Positions 12,964 to 26,385 of a stretch of 64,000 nucleotides of DNA are shown in pieces. The notes beneath the pieces are model-generated. The model searched no databases. It saw only the letters and a list, made by a program, of their open reading frames with translations, and was not told where the DNA came from. The translations under genes were made by a program, and so were the position numbers. Positions within the stretch are counted from its first letter, which is position 1; the number at the start of each line of letters is the position of its first letter. Source of the stretch: Octopus sinensis (taxonomy: Eukaryota); assembly GCF_006345805.1 (NCBI RefSeq), contig NC_043008.1, forward strand, positions 21,204,001 to 21,268,000. Direction: 5' to 3'.

Positions 12964-13055
12964 GTGAAAATCTTAGTAATCCAATCAAGTTGTAAAACTG
13001 AAGAAATAAATGAAGTTGAAAATGCACACAATATATGAAGATTTATTTCAATTTT

Positions 13056-13255
13056 GGAGATGTACCTGCATAGCAAGTGATTTGATCTGAGATCGTGTGC
13101 TGAAACGAAAACAATTGCAGCATGGAAGGTGTTTGTAAGTCATTTAAGAAACACACAAAAGCCGTTCGATTCACTTCAACATTTAAGTTTAATTTGTCAA
13201 AATATTTTCGTCGCTTTAAGACCGCGACCTGTTCACTGACAAAAATCCATGCTGC
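13056..13255 (-). mobile_element. 200-bp non-coding insertion with 11-bp TSD carrying a hammerhead-like motif
   Basis: Direct repeat atttcaatttt at 13045-13055 and 13256-13266. Confidence 0.7.
13193..13243 (-). ncRNA. Minimal type-I hammerhead-ribozyme-like motif, G3:C8 variant core
   Basis: Minus strand: tttgtca-GTGAACA-g-gtcgc/ggtcttaaa/gcgac-GAA-AATATT-T-tgacaaa; perfect 7-bp stem I, perfect 5-bp stem II, palindromic stem III. Confidence 0.7.
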
Positions 13256-13339
13256 ATTTCAATTTTATTATATATATGCTCATATATAGTGTGTGTGTGT
13301 GAGAGAGAGAGAGAGTGTATGTACGTGTGTGTGTGTGTA

Positions 13340-13802
13340 CAGCAAAGATTAAGGTCCTAGCAAGCAAGAAAATCGACAGGACCCAGCTCTCCCCAAATCC
13401 CCAGGTAGGTGGCTCTGTTCGATTTGTAGGAAAGTTGTAGGTAGAAACTTTGCATGGTGTACCCAGTGTAAGCTATGGACACACAAGTGGTGCAGTGGGT
13501 TAATAGGAAGGTTATCAGAGAAGATAGTTTTACATGTGCTGAAGATGCACAGGATCCATAAAAAAACTTTAGAGGGCTCAGGAAATTGATTCTCTCAAAT
13601 GCCTCCTTGGTGGCTCCTTATAGGTAGTAGACGATGTCTGCTACTTAGGGGACCAAATTAATAGTGAGGGAGGATGCAAGGAGAGTGTGATAGCTAAAAT
13701 AAGAATTGGATGGAGGGAATTCAGAAAGTTGTTACCGCTGCTGGCCATGAAAAGTTTATCTCTCTAAATGAAAGGAAGATTGTATGATGCATGTATACAG
13801 AC
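13340..13802 (+). mobile_element. RTE-clade LINE ORF2 remnant
   Basis: Translates GRWLCSICRKVVGRNFAWCTQCKLWTHKWCSG and VVDDVCYLGDQINSEGGCKESVIAKIRIGWREFRKLLPLL...KGRLYDACIQ with stops. Confidence 0.85.
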
Positions 13803-15172
13803 ATGTTGGTGTCAGGAAGAGCATCCAGTCGTAAAAACCCTGCCAAAACAGACTCAGAAATCTGGTGCAAGCTCCTGCCCAGCCAGATCCTTTCAAACCT
13901 TCCAACTCATCCCAGCATGGAAGGAGGATGTTAAATGATGATGATGATGATGATGACGACGACGATGGCGATGAGGATGATGATGATGACGACGAGGATG
14001 ATGATGATATGTGTGTACATGCACACACACACACACACAGATAGATAGAGATAGTGAGATAGATTGATAGATAGATAAATATATGTATATATATATATAT
14101 ATATACATTGTGTGTGTGTAAGTGTGTGAATGTTTGCATTGTGCGTCTTCATCTGATATTGAGTTAAGGATGGTGGTGATTTTTTGAAATTCTTCAATAA
14201 ACAAATGTTTTGTAGTTTATCAGATATTTGCTGATGACCGGCATGAAAGATATCTTGCTTGAAAACCAAGTGGAATTAAGTGAATGCTGATGACAAGAAG
14301 TGTATCTGGTTGTACAAAACCTCTGCAAATCTTGTCTAACCCATGCCAGCATGGAAAACTGGATGTAAAAACTATGATAAACATGATATATATTCTGAAA
14401 TGTCATGCATAGTCACAGTATGTATAAGATGGAGTGTGGTGGATTTATTTTCTATTATCTTCAGTAGGAAGCGGAATGAATCGTAATGTTTATAAATTTC
14501 TGTTGTGTAGACAGGAAATAGTTTCATTCAACACCTCAGGGAACTGAATTCTTTTTAACGTTTGTATATATGTTTAGCTATTGCCTCTGTATTTCTCTAG
14601 TATTAAGTCTTGAAGAATTCAGTTTAGAAACGATTGCTGAAAGGAAAATCTAATAGCATTGTCTTTGAAGAATCCCTGATGGTAACATATCATCGGTAAA
14701 CAAGTTTTTCTATCTATTATTTAACAATTTTCTTTATTTCATTTATCGTGCCAATAATTTCTTTTCAAGATTCTAAACTTCTTTTCATTAACACTTTTCT
14801 CACTCTCTAATGGAGTTTCTTTATCATTTTGGCTTATTAGCAAATATTTAAAGTGTGATATGTATGAAAACTATTTTATCCGGAGAATACTAATAATATT
14901 AGAACGTTGCAGAAAAGAATCACAAGACTCATTCTTCAAGTTGAGCCAAACAGTAGGGGACTTACACGTAGATCAAGACTTAGTTGGTTGGATAACATCT
15001 ATAGTCTCAGATGGTCTCTCTTGGGAATCCAGTTGACAAGTGTAATGACAGTTGCTTCTGATAGGACCCTCTGAATGAGGTACCTGAAAACTGTTCCTCC
15101 ATGGTTCTCTTAAAAATAGGGAGTTGAAAAGATGGCTGACTGGCTGGCTGGCTGGATGGATGGAGAAGTATA

Positions 15173-15391
15173 CTCTCTCTTTTACTCTTTTACTTGTTTC
15201 AGTCACTTAACTGTGGCCATGCTGGAGCACCGCCTTTAGTCAAGCAAATCGACCCCGGGACTTATTCTTTGTAAGCCCACTACTTATTCTATCGGTCTCT
15301 TTTGCCGAACCGCTAAGTGACGGGGACGTAAACACACCAGCATCGGTTGTCAAGCAATGCTAGGGGAACAAACACATACACACACACACAT

Positions 15392-15426
<35 letters not shown>

Positions 15427-15601
15427 CATATATACGACAGGCTTCTTTCAGTTTCTGTCTACCAAATCCACTCACAAGGTATTGGTTGGCCCGGTGTTAT
15501 AGTAGAAGACACTTGCCCAAGGTGCCACGCAGTGGGACTGAACTCGGAACCATGTGGTTGGTAAGCAAGCTACTTACCACACAGCCACTCCTGTGCCTAT
15601 A
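15173..15601 (-). mobile_element. tRNA-derived SINE family A, full length
   Basis: Same head, body and tail as 11544-11951. Confidence 0.9.
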
Positions 15602-15919
15602 GAATAATATATAAACTATTTATCATTGTTTAAAATCCACTCTCCATGCTGGCATGGGTTGGACGGTTTGCCCTGGAGCTAGCTAGGAGCTGTCCAAACT
15701 CCAACTGTCTGTTGTGGCACGGTTTCTACTGCTGGATGCTCTTCCTATTGCCAACCACTTAACACAGTGTGCTGGGTGCTTTTTATGTGTGATCGCCATG
15801 GGTGCATTTATGCTGTACTGACACAGGTGCGTTAATGCAGTATCAGTGTGGGTGCTTTTTAAGTGGCACCGGCATCTGAAAGGCCAAGCTTGTATGTGTG
15901 GAACACAACGATTATACTT

Positions 15920-16152
15920 AAAGGTGGCGAGCTGGCAGAAACGTTAGCACGCTGGATGAAATGCTTTACGGTATTTCGTCTGCTGTTACGTTCTGAGTTC
16001 AAATTCTGCCGAGGTCGACTTTGCCTTTCATCCTTTCGGGATCGATAAATTAAGTACCAGTTTCGCACTGGGGTTGATGTAATCGGCTTAATCCGTTTGT
16101 CTGTCCTCGTTTGTCCCCTCTATGTTTAGCCCCTTGTGGGTAGTAAAGAAAT
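15920..16152 (+). mobile_element. SINE family B
   Basis: Homologous to 5884-6120. Confidence 0.85.
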
Positions 16153-16714
16153 ATAATCTTAGCTTGACATGTCTTATCAAGTACAGCAAATCACCACATC
16201 TCCTGGTCCCTTGTCATTTACTCTGTGAGGCCCAGCTTCTGAAGATCCTTTCTAACCACTTTGTCCCATATTTTCCTAGGTTGACACCTTCCACAAGTAA
16301 CTTCCATCATTAGAGATCGGCACTTCTTTATGCAGCTGTCCTCATCCATACACATCGTGTAGATATTAAATTTTATCTACTCTGTTCACTGATGAAATTA
16401 AAATGACCTTGTTTTGCCAGTGAAGTCTAAAGAGACCCAAAATATATCCATAGCTGATAACTTGTCTGCTAACGAAGCTCATGTTTTTCCCCTTTAAGCA
16501 TGGAAATTAAATTTTCTGTGAAATTAGCTTTTAATTTTACGAAGTTATCTCATCCTTCTTTGAGAGTTGTTAACACTTTCCACTTGGCTTTTAGTTTTCT
16601 GTCTCCAGCTGAGAGAGAAAATTCAATTCATTGCAAATTTTTTGTCAATGTCATTCAGTATATTGCTTCCTACTTGATTAATATACAGCTGGAAGGAGGT
16701 GTCTACAGCCTATT

Positions 16715-17022
<308 letters not shown>

Positions 17023-17355
17023 CACAGGGTGCTGTGAATAAACAGTCATGTAAATTACGCAAAAATGAAAATAACACTGACATCTCATTTTAACAGACAT
17101 GTTTACCAAAATTACATAAAACTATCTTGAAATACTAATGAGTAAATTTATTCAATAAAATCGCCATTGGCTTCAACCATGGCCTCTAGATGACTTCAGA
17201 ATCTACTGCTACTCTTCTGGATGGTCTCCTTCTTTAAGTTGGTGAATGGCGCCATAATCCTTGCCTTCAGTTCATCTTTGGTGTTACAAGAAGTTTTGTT
17301 GATCTCTCATTCAACTGCACACCACACATAATAATCAAGAGGGTTGCAGTCTGTA
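17023..17355 (-). mobile_element. Tc1/mariner (maT/DD37D-like) transposase C-terminal remnant
   Basis: Minus strand reads DCNPLDYYVW, then after a frameshift ETNKTSCNTKDELKARIMAPFTNLKKETIQKS...LEAMVEANGDFIE*. Confidence 0.7.
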
Positions 17356-17599
17356 GTTACTATTTTTATCGTGAATTGTATTTACACAAGATTCCTTATA
17401 AACTTAACCAACATTAGAGCTCGTGTGAAAACTGACAGTACCAAGCTAAAAGAGAAGATTAAAACACTCAAAGCAAATATTTCCGAGATGAAGCAAGTAT
17501 ATCTACAAAATGCAGAGGTAAGTTCTGTTTTATTTGAAACAATAATGAAGATGTGAATTTGTGGGAAAGTTATCTGAGATAAATGACTGTGGGACTAAA

Positions 17600-17978
17600 T
17601 CTCTCTCTATATAAAGCTGAAGTTGTCTGTGTGTGGCAGGTTTGGTAGCCTTCAACTAACACTATCTCCTCCGAGAACCTGCGGCGCAAGTTGACCAAAA
17701 TTGAGAGTATGATAGAAGAAGGCTTGCTCTTCCTTCCGTATAAGAAAAATTTCAAATCGGACCACGTTAACACCAAAAATTATTTACATCAAAAAGGCGC
17801 TTTTTTTCTATTTTTACGATGTTTTGACTGCTGTGTCATCATTTTTTGGTGTATTTCAACCAGAAAAATGTTCACTTAAAGAGAATAACAAGCTACATAA
17901 TGCAAAATTTTTACTTTTCAAAAATTCCAATTCTAAAGGGTGGAAACAAACCCGAGCAATGCCAGGCGATACTGCTAG
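17600..17978 (+). mobile_element. Non-autonomous Helitron, family 1
   Basis: A|TC...cccgagcaatgccagg...CTAG|T; homologous to 3202-3593. Confidence 0.85.
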
Positions 17979-19072
17979 TACGTGATAGTATGAAAGTTTC
18001 AGGTGTCTTCAGTGAGTCGGAATTAAAATTCAAGAGCTACTTTCACTTCTTATTCCATAGAGTTTGTTAAAAAAACAAAACAAAACAAATGCCAGTACTT
18101 GCTGTTATTGTTGGTGTTGTTGTTGTTGTTTAGATGCAGGTTATTTCTGATGAAGTAGATCTAGGTACTAGTGAAGGAGCCAAGGAGCCCGAGCTAACAA
18201 GGTGGCTGGAGTCAAAAGAATGCCTGAGGCAATGAAGGAGTTTGATCTGCTAGAAATAAGAGCTTAACCCCCATCTTAAACAGTGCCAATGATATACAGA
18301 GATTGATTCATATGACTTAACCATACACTACATAAAACGGCTTTTTGTAATTGTCATCATTGTCTTCATCATCATCATCATCATCATTTACTGTCCACTT
18401 GTCCATGCCTGCATGGGTCAGATGAAATTTGTTGAGGCAAATTTTCTATTGCTGTATTCCTTTCCCGTTGCCCAGCCCCTCACTTGTTTCCAAGTAAAGT
18501 AGCATTTACCATAGTTTCCCTGTATCTAGACATGTTTTCCCATGGAAGATTGGAAATGAGCAAATTGCTTGTAGGAAGGGTGGTGCTTGTTTACAACTAT
18601 CACATGATATCAGGACAAGGATACACCCAAACACATGCTCACACACACACACAAATGTGTGTGCACGCGCACATACACCCACATTTAATGGGGCTCTTTT
18701 AGTTCCCATCTACCAAATAAGCTCATAAGGTTTGGTTGACCCAGTAGTACACCTGATGCCCCCCCATCACCATACACCATCTCATTTCTCCTTTTCCTTT
18801 AAAGACTTTTTCACTGTTCACTTCCTGTGCATATTCTATATGCTGTTCCTACAGTTTGGGTTGCTTTTTCTGATTAGTTGTTGTTGTGCACCTGAACACT
18901 GTATACAATAAGTTCATTATTATAGTAAACTAATTAACTAACTGATTGCTCAAGTGATTATTTGACTGATCGATCAATCAGCTGGTTTGTCAGAGTCCTT
19001 TCACTGCTATTTGCAATCCCATCAGTGACATGTCCTTCTTATTCAAGGTTTGTCTTTTTGTCTCCAACTTTT

Positions 19073-19469
19073 TCTTAATATATATATATAAAGCTGAAGT
19101 TGCCTGTGTATGACAGGTTTGGTAGTCTTCAACTAACACTATCTCCTCCGAGACCCTGCAGTGCAAGTTCACCAAAATTGAGAGTATGATAGAAGAAGGC
19201 TTGCTCTTCATTCCATAGAAGAAAAAATTCAAATTGGACCATGTTAACACCAAAAATTATTTACATTAAAAAGGTGCTTTTTTCCAATGAAAATCCCTAT
19301 TTTTCACGATTTTTTGACTGCTGAGTCGCCATTTGTTGGTGTATTTCAACCAGAAAAATGTTCACTTAAAGAGAATAACAAGCTACATAATGCCAAACTT
19401 TTACTTTTCAAAAACTCCAGTTCTCTAAGGGTCGAAACAAACCCAAGCAACGCCGGGTGATACTGCTAG
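19073..19469 (+). mobile_element. Non-autonomous Helitron, family 1
   Basis: Homologous body; ends cccaagcaacgccggg...CTAG|T. Confidence 0.85.
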
Positions 19470-20094
19470 TACTATCTAAAGCACAACAATCTGTGGAGCT
19501 GGTGGAATCTTCCCCTGCATTGAACACTGATTTATCACATGTAGTGTTTTTGTTTGTGGGGTTGTCATTAAATTTTTTTATACATGCTAGCAGAATTGTT
19601 GTTACCTTCTCAGTACTACTGCTCTTTAGAACAATTACACCACTTGAAAATTTACTTAGGAGGTTGTAACCATGAGTAATTAGCCACAAACAAAATAAGA
19701 CTGTATCAGTAACAAAATATGAAACATACATATTGACTAAGTTTCTGATGCTCTTTGTATCTATCTACAAATTGAACCAAAGTGGGAGCCTTTAAGTGGT
19801 CATGCAATCTGCAAGATACAGCAGCCAAACCGCCTTCAAATCATAGATACATTCTTCAAAAGTGAGAATATATCGAGGTGGAGAAAGAAGGAGAAGCAGA
19901 GATAAAAATGGACTGATATCACCAAGTAATGGGTTGGTCAGTTGTTAGTGGAGCTGTTAGAAATGGAAAAACCTGGTGTGCAGTACATCATAACAGTAGC
20001 CCTAAGCTCTATCACAAGTTTGGGGCCCAACAGGAGAGAATATATATGTATATATATCAAAAAGTGTAATTACACATGGACTGTTGGCAACTTT

Positions 20095-20290
20095 TTCCAC
20101 CATCTTTCTTTTCCTTTGGACTTGCCTATGTTTCCTGTTTCCAAAGAAGAGCTGTGCTCGAAATGTAAAACAACTATGTTTTTTCCTGCCTAAGCGTCTT
20201 ATTAATACTTTGCATGTGCTCACATCCCTGCAGTGTTGTGTTTTTCTTGTTGTCTTTTTTCTCTATTTTTTAAAATTAACTATACATACA
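20095..20290 (+). mobile_element. Penelope-like remnant with degenerate hammerhead-like motif (20136-20172)
   Basis: tgttt-CCAAAGA-a-gagc/tgt/gctc-GAA-ATGT-A-aaaca; similar layout to 46990-47160 (-). Confidence 0.55.
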
Positions 20291-20397
20291 TATATACAGG
20301 GATATCCATAATATCTCAGAAACAGCTGTGAGACTATTTCATTATAAATGTCCCGAAAACTCCTCACAGCCTTGGATTTGTTATCTCATTCTATCTA

Positions 20398-20612
20398 ATA
20401 TGTATATATATTTGTATATATATATGTATATATATGTATATATATATATGTATATATATATATGTATATATATATATGTATATAGATGTATATATATAGT
20501 ATATATATGTATATATATATATGTATATATATATATGTATATATATATATGTATATAGATGTATATATATAAGTATATATAAATACATACATACATACAT
20601 ACATACACATAT
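20398..20612. repeat. (TA)n-rich microsatellite
   Basis: Direct inspection. Confidence 0.95.
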
Positions 20613-21621
20613 ATTCTTATACATTTGGATAGACAAACTCTTGGGTAGTTATGGAATTACTCAAAAGTGTAATTAAACAATAAAGTGTTGATGTCTCAAC
20701 TTTGTTTCCATATCTTTGCTGATACATTCGTCGAATGTTTTTCAGTTTACCAATCTGTTACTTCTTGTCGGGTGGTCTCTTACAATCTTTGGGGCAGTTT
20801 ATTATTTCATCAGATTGGACGACAAGACCAGCCAAAGTAGTTGCGCCATGTAATTTTGGGTTTTATATAATAATATGGACAATGGAAACTAATTATAGGA
20901 AGAAAGTTCCCCAACAATGGTGGAAGTAATGAGGAAGCCGGATTGATTTCTGACGGTCAGCATCCGAAGAATTTGTTAGAAGATTTGTGATTGAATTTAG
21001 TATAGCAGTGAAGTGTGTTGTTCATGGTACATATCTCTATTGTTATTTCACTTGAAAACGTCGCAGAATAACAGGTCAGTGGGCAAATCATTTGCGATAA
21101 GTAATAAATGAAAGTGTGGAATGCAATGAGGAAGAGACCATAATTTAGAATAATGGCTCATTACGGACGGACGGACGTGGGCAAATACAAAGGAATTCTA
21201 GCTTACAAATAGCAAACTGTCTTCAAGTAAACATATTTATTTCGTGGCTGTTTGTTTGTATGTGGTTTTTATAATCATGGCTTTACACATTCTGAAGACA
21301 TGATTGTGTGTGTGAGGTGGTGGTGGTGATGAGAGTGAAGCATGTGTATGTGTGTGTGTAAGAGTGGATTATGCAAAAGTCTTTTCGTGTGTGGTAAGGA
21401 TTGGTTCAGTTAAGAATAATATTGCTGGCTATTGAAACTTTATAATGTTATTGATGAATTATTGGTTATTTCTCTCCTCATCTCAGCTTGCCTTATTAGG
21501 ACGGCGTGTGTGGTTTTTCTGGCTGGCTAGCTCTAACTATTTTTAGAGCATTGATGATGCAACTGACTGGATTTAATGTGTGTGTGTGTGTGTGTGTATA
21601 CATACATTCATGCATACATAC

Positions 21622-21652
<31 letters not shown>

Positions 21653-21724
21653 CATAAGTGCGTGTGTGTATATGTCTGAACACATACACACACACACACA
21701 TATATATAATATATATGCACACAT

Positions 21725-22110
21725 ATAGGTGCAGGAGCAGCTGTGTAGTAAGTAGCTTGCTTACTAACCACATGGTTCCAGGTTTGGTTCCACTGCGTGG
21801 CATCTTGGGCAAGTTTCTTCTACTATAGCCTCTGGCCAACCAAAACCTTGTGAGTGGATTTGGCAGACAGAAATTGAAAGAAGCCCGTCGTATATATATA
21901 TATATATACATATATAGATATACGTATATATATGTATGTGTGTGTATATGTTTGTCTCTCCGCTATTGCTTTTCAACCAATTCTAGTTTGTTTACATCCA
22001 CATACAATAAGTACTAGGCTTACAAAGAATAAGTCCTCGGATCATTAGCTAGACCAAAAGCAGTGCTCCAGCATGGCTGCAGTCAAACGACTGAAATAAA
22101 TAAAAGAATA
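21725..22110 (+). mobile_element. tRNA-derived SINE family A
   Basis: Head ataggtgcagga; body homologous to other copies. Confidence 0.85.
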
Positions 22111-22166
22111 CATATATGTAAATGTGTGTGTGTGTGTGTGTGTGTATAGTGATAGATAGATAGATC

Positions 22167-22198
<32 letters not shown>

Positions 22199-22275
22199 AC
22201 GAAAGAGAGAGAGAGTAATATGTGATATTCACAGTAAGGTCAAGCACTCAAGATGTTTACTTTGCAACTATGACA

Positions 22276-22640
22276 GGCGCAGGAGTGGCTGTGTGGTAAG
22301 TAGCTTGCTAACCAACCACATGGTTCTGGGTTCAGTTCCACTGTGTGGCACCTTGGGCAGGTGTCTTCTGCTATAGCCCCGGGCCGACCAACACCTTGTG
22401 AGTGGATTTGGTAGGCGGAAACTGAAAGAAGCCTGTCGTATATATGTATATATATGTATGTGTGTGTGTTTGTGTGTCTGTGTTTACGTCCCTGTCACTT
22501 AGCGGTTTGGCAAAAGAGACCGATAGAATAAGTACTGGGCTTACAAAAAGAATAAGTCCCGGGGTCGAGTTGCTCGACTAAAGGCGGTGCTCCAGCATGG
22601 CCGCAGTCAAATGACTGAAACAAGTAAAAGAGTAAAAGAG
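22276..22640 (+). mobile_element. tRNA-derived SINE family A with 7-bp TSD
   Basis: tatgaca at 22269-22275 and 22641-22647. Confidence 0.9.
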
Positions 22641-24136
22641 TATGACATTCTGGGTTCAGTTGCACTGCATTGCATCTTGGGAAAATGTGATTTCCTATAG
22701 CTTTGGGTCAATCTATGACTTGTGGTTGAAATTAGTCCGATTGAGAACTCGTATGACTCTACTACTGCTGACTTTCTACGACTGACTGTCTGACTTTATA
22801 GTAGTCCTCATACAACTTTATCATGTAGGATGTGGAGTACCATCTTCACTACAACAAAGGCTCATTTGCAACCAGTTTTATATCTTGGAGAGGAACAGAA
22901 CCAGCTAAGTTAACTCTCTGTAGACGAAACATATAAAGATGAGGTGTTCACAGTACATAACTTCACTGTATATAAATAAAAACCCATAGATTATAATAGG
23001 ATTTATCATTTTGACTTCAGGAACATGAGTAACCAGTTTTGGTTGAAATTACAGTAATTAATAAGATTCAATTTCAGTAAGTGAATGACAGGTTTGAACT
23101 TAATGGCACCAAAAGAATAAGAATTACAGAAGTAGATCAGCAGACATAGACTAAAATAGATGCAGACGTACACGTAATGCTCTGGATGGCATTGTAGTTT
23201 TCTCTTTTGAATACAAGAAGACTCTTGGTCTTCTTTTGTGATTATTTCAGCTGAAGTTTTCTCCCCCAGATACTTTCTTTATTACATTGATTCTCTCGTG
23301 TCTTTTCTTCATCTTTCTCTCTATCCTTCCAACTCTTTCTTCTCTCATTCTTTTCCCACAAACGGTTATGTATATTATGTCTATTTTAAAAGTAGCTTTG
23401 AGTCGTTACGTTGCTTGTAATTGGCTATTTTAACTGTCATATTTCACTGTACAATTCTCTCGGAAAAACAAAAACAAAAACAAAAAAATGAAATACTTTA
23501 AATTTAGATCTTAACTGTAATGGAATTCAGAGACTTAAACATATACTTGTGATATGATTTTGATTCGGAGAATTTCAAGTGCATCAAATGTTTACAAACT
23601 TATTCCGATCCTCGTCAATATCTTGTTGCTAAGTTGCCGTCTGGTTTAGGCATGATTAAATTGTCTGTCTGTTATCTGTTATCTGTTATCTTTTATCTTT
23701 TACTTGTTTCACTCATTAGACTGTGGTCATGCTGGGGCACCACCCTTGAAGAGTTTGGTTGAACAAACCAATCCCGGTTGATAATTTTTCTTTTTAAGCC
23801 TGGTACTTGTTCTGTTGATCTCTTTTGCCAAACTACTAGGTTAGTGGACACAAGCAAATCAACACTATTTGTTAAAAAGTGGGATACAAACACACACATA
23901 CATGTGCATGCACACACACACTTACTCACTCAGTCACACTCACATACACACATACACACACTCATTAACTCACACACACACATACATATACACTCACTCA
24001 CACACTTACATGCACACACTCACTCACACACTTACACACACACACACAATAAATATACTATATATATATAGTAGATCTGACTGCCAGATCTGACTGGCCT
24101 GGTGCAGCCTTCGGGCTCCCCAGACCCCAGTTGAAC

Positions 24137-24252
24137 CGTCCAACCCATGCTAGCATGGAAAGCGGACGTTAAACGATGATGATGATGATGATGATGATCA
24201 TCATCATCATCATCGTTTAACGTCCGCTTTCCATGCTAGCATGGGTTGGACG
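24137..24252. repeat. Tail-to-tail pair of RTE-type 3' ends forming a palindrome
   Basis: Perfect 38-bp inverted arms joined by (GAT)n/(ATC)n. Confidence 0.9.
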
Positions 24253-25389
24253 ATTTGACTGAGGTCTGGCGAACCAGATGGCTGCACCAGACTCCAATCT
24301 GATCAGGCAGAGTTTCTACAGCTGGATGTCATTCCTAACGCCAACCACTCCGAGAGTGTAGTGGGTGCTTTTATGTGCTACCGGCACGAGGGCCGGTCAG
24401 GTGGTACTGGCAACAGCCACGCTCAAATGGTGCTTTTAATGTGCCACCTGCACAGGAGCCAGTCCAGCAGCACTGGCAATGACCTCGCTCGAATGTATTT
24501 TCATGTGCCACCAGCACAAGTGCCACTAAGGTGAAGCAGGTAACGATCATTCTCAAATGATGTTTTTTATGTGCCACGTGGATGAAAACAGGAGAAACAG
24601 AACTCAAAATATGAGTATATGTATATTTTTATTAATATTTAGCAGAACTAACAGAGTGATTCAATGTCTAAGAGTTCCATGCATTGGCACTTATCAAACT
24701 ATAGTTTAATAGATTAATATATATGTATATATATATATATTAATGTATGTGTGTTTGTGTGTGTGTGTGTTTGTCTGTGTGTGCATATGTATGTATGTAT
24801 GTATGAATATGATGGGCTTCCTTGAGTTTCCATCTACCAGATCCACTCATAAGGCTTTGCTTTACCCAAGGCTATAGTGGAAGACACTTGCCCACGGTGT
24901 CATCCAATAAAACTGGTTTGGAAGCAAGCTTCTTACCCACACAGCTATGCCCATATACCTATGTCACCTATGTTAATGTAATTATAATATTTACTTTAGT
25001 AAAATGACAGATCTGTTTCTGTACTGGCTGCTAAGGTAACAATCTGCTTCCCCGAGGGAAGACGCAAATCTGTGGTAAGTTGCACTCTATTTTCTCAGTA
25101 AACAAACCTGCCACTTTTCTGGTGTGAAAAATGAAAACATAAAATGTATTCGATATTAATTTAAAAGTGACATAAAAAATGAGTACAGATTCCTTAAAGG
25201 CAACAAGAAACAATTTCAAAATCTAAACATGAATCTTTTCCAACAGTTGTAACCTACCAACATAACCAAAATAGAAATAATTTACTCTTGATATGCGTTA
25301 ATACAGTTTTTAATTCCAACCTTTCAGAGGGTTCTGAATATTAAAAAATAAATAAATAATAAGAAAGATTAATAAATAAAAAAATGCAC

Positions 25390-25672
25390 ACAGGTGAAGG
25401 AGTGGCTATGTGGTAAGTAGCTTGCTTACCAACCACATGGTTCTGGGTTCAGTCACACTGTGTTGTACCTTGGGCAAGTGTCTTATACTATTGCCTCGGG
25501 CAGACCAAAGCCTTATGAGTGGATTTGGTAAATGGAAACTGAAAGAAGCCTGTTGTATATATACATATGTATATATAATATATATACCTATATATATATA
25601 TATATATATACACACACATATATATATACATATAAATATTTTTATATATATATATATAGGTATATATATATG

Positions 25673-25703
<31 letters not shown>

Positions 25704-25910
25704 CATGTATATATTTGTGTGTCTATGTTTGTACCTCCTTCCATTGCTCGACAACTTATGTTGGTGTGTTTACGTCCCTGCTACTTAGTGGTTTCAGCAA
25801 AAGAGACCGATAGAATAAGTCCTGGGGTTGATCTGTTCGGCTAAAGGCAGCACTCCAACATGGCCACAGCCACAGTCAAATGACCGAAACAAATAAAAGA
25901 ATAAAAGAAT
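25390..25910 (+). mobile_element. tRNA-derived SINE family A with expanded internal (TA)n
   Basis: Homology to other copies. Confidence 0.85.
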
Positions 25911-26385
25911 AATCCTTCAGTGAATTTTTGGATCCCTTTGCAAAATAAATCAAATTCCATGAACATTGCAGAAAACCCCTAGTGATTAAAGTGATTGATG
26001 ATATCATGTTAATATAGTTGTGATTACTAATGGAATTTGGTAGTTGGTATTTGGTGAATAACTCTCAGCATTTATATATTTATATAAGAGAATGATGTAT
26101 GAGAGATAAATAGTATATGTCATTTTGATTGAGCTCATCTCAACAGCCGACCACCTCTTGCAAATCTAGGCATTGAAATGTCCTGTTGCTGGTACAAGCT
26201 TCCAGCTGCTGCAGTGATTTGTCACATTTGTAAGTAGTGGATTTTGATGCACTTAGGTGCATAGCCTTGGCTCCATTGGATCTGTGACAAAACTCTGTAG
26301 AAAAACGGATGTGGTGTACAAGACTTATCTAGCTGACTGGAGATTATGACAGTTTTTTAAACTTTCAGATTTGTTAAAAGCTTAA

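Noticed and set aside
14231-14256. CTGATGA-ccggcat-GAA-AGATATCT-T possible hammerhead
   Set aside because: Core and palindrome are present but no stem II or stem I can be formed.
15357-15602. Recurrent ORF RRASFSFxLPNPLTRLWSARGYSRRHLPKVPRSGTEPGTMWLVSKLLTTQPLL
   Set aside because: Antisense translation of SINE family A; it recurs because the SINE recurs.
17993-18013. Minus-strand CTGAAGA-cacct-GAAAC
   Set aside because: No stem II, no palindromic stem III, no stem I; chance match.
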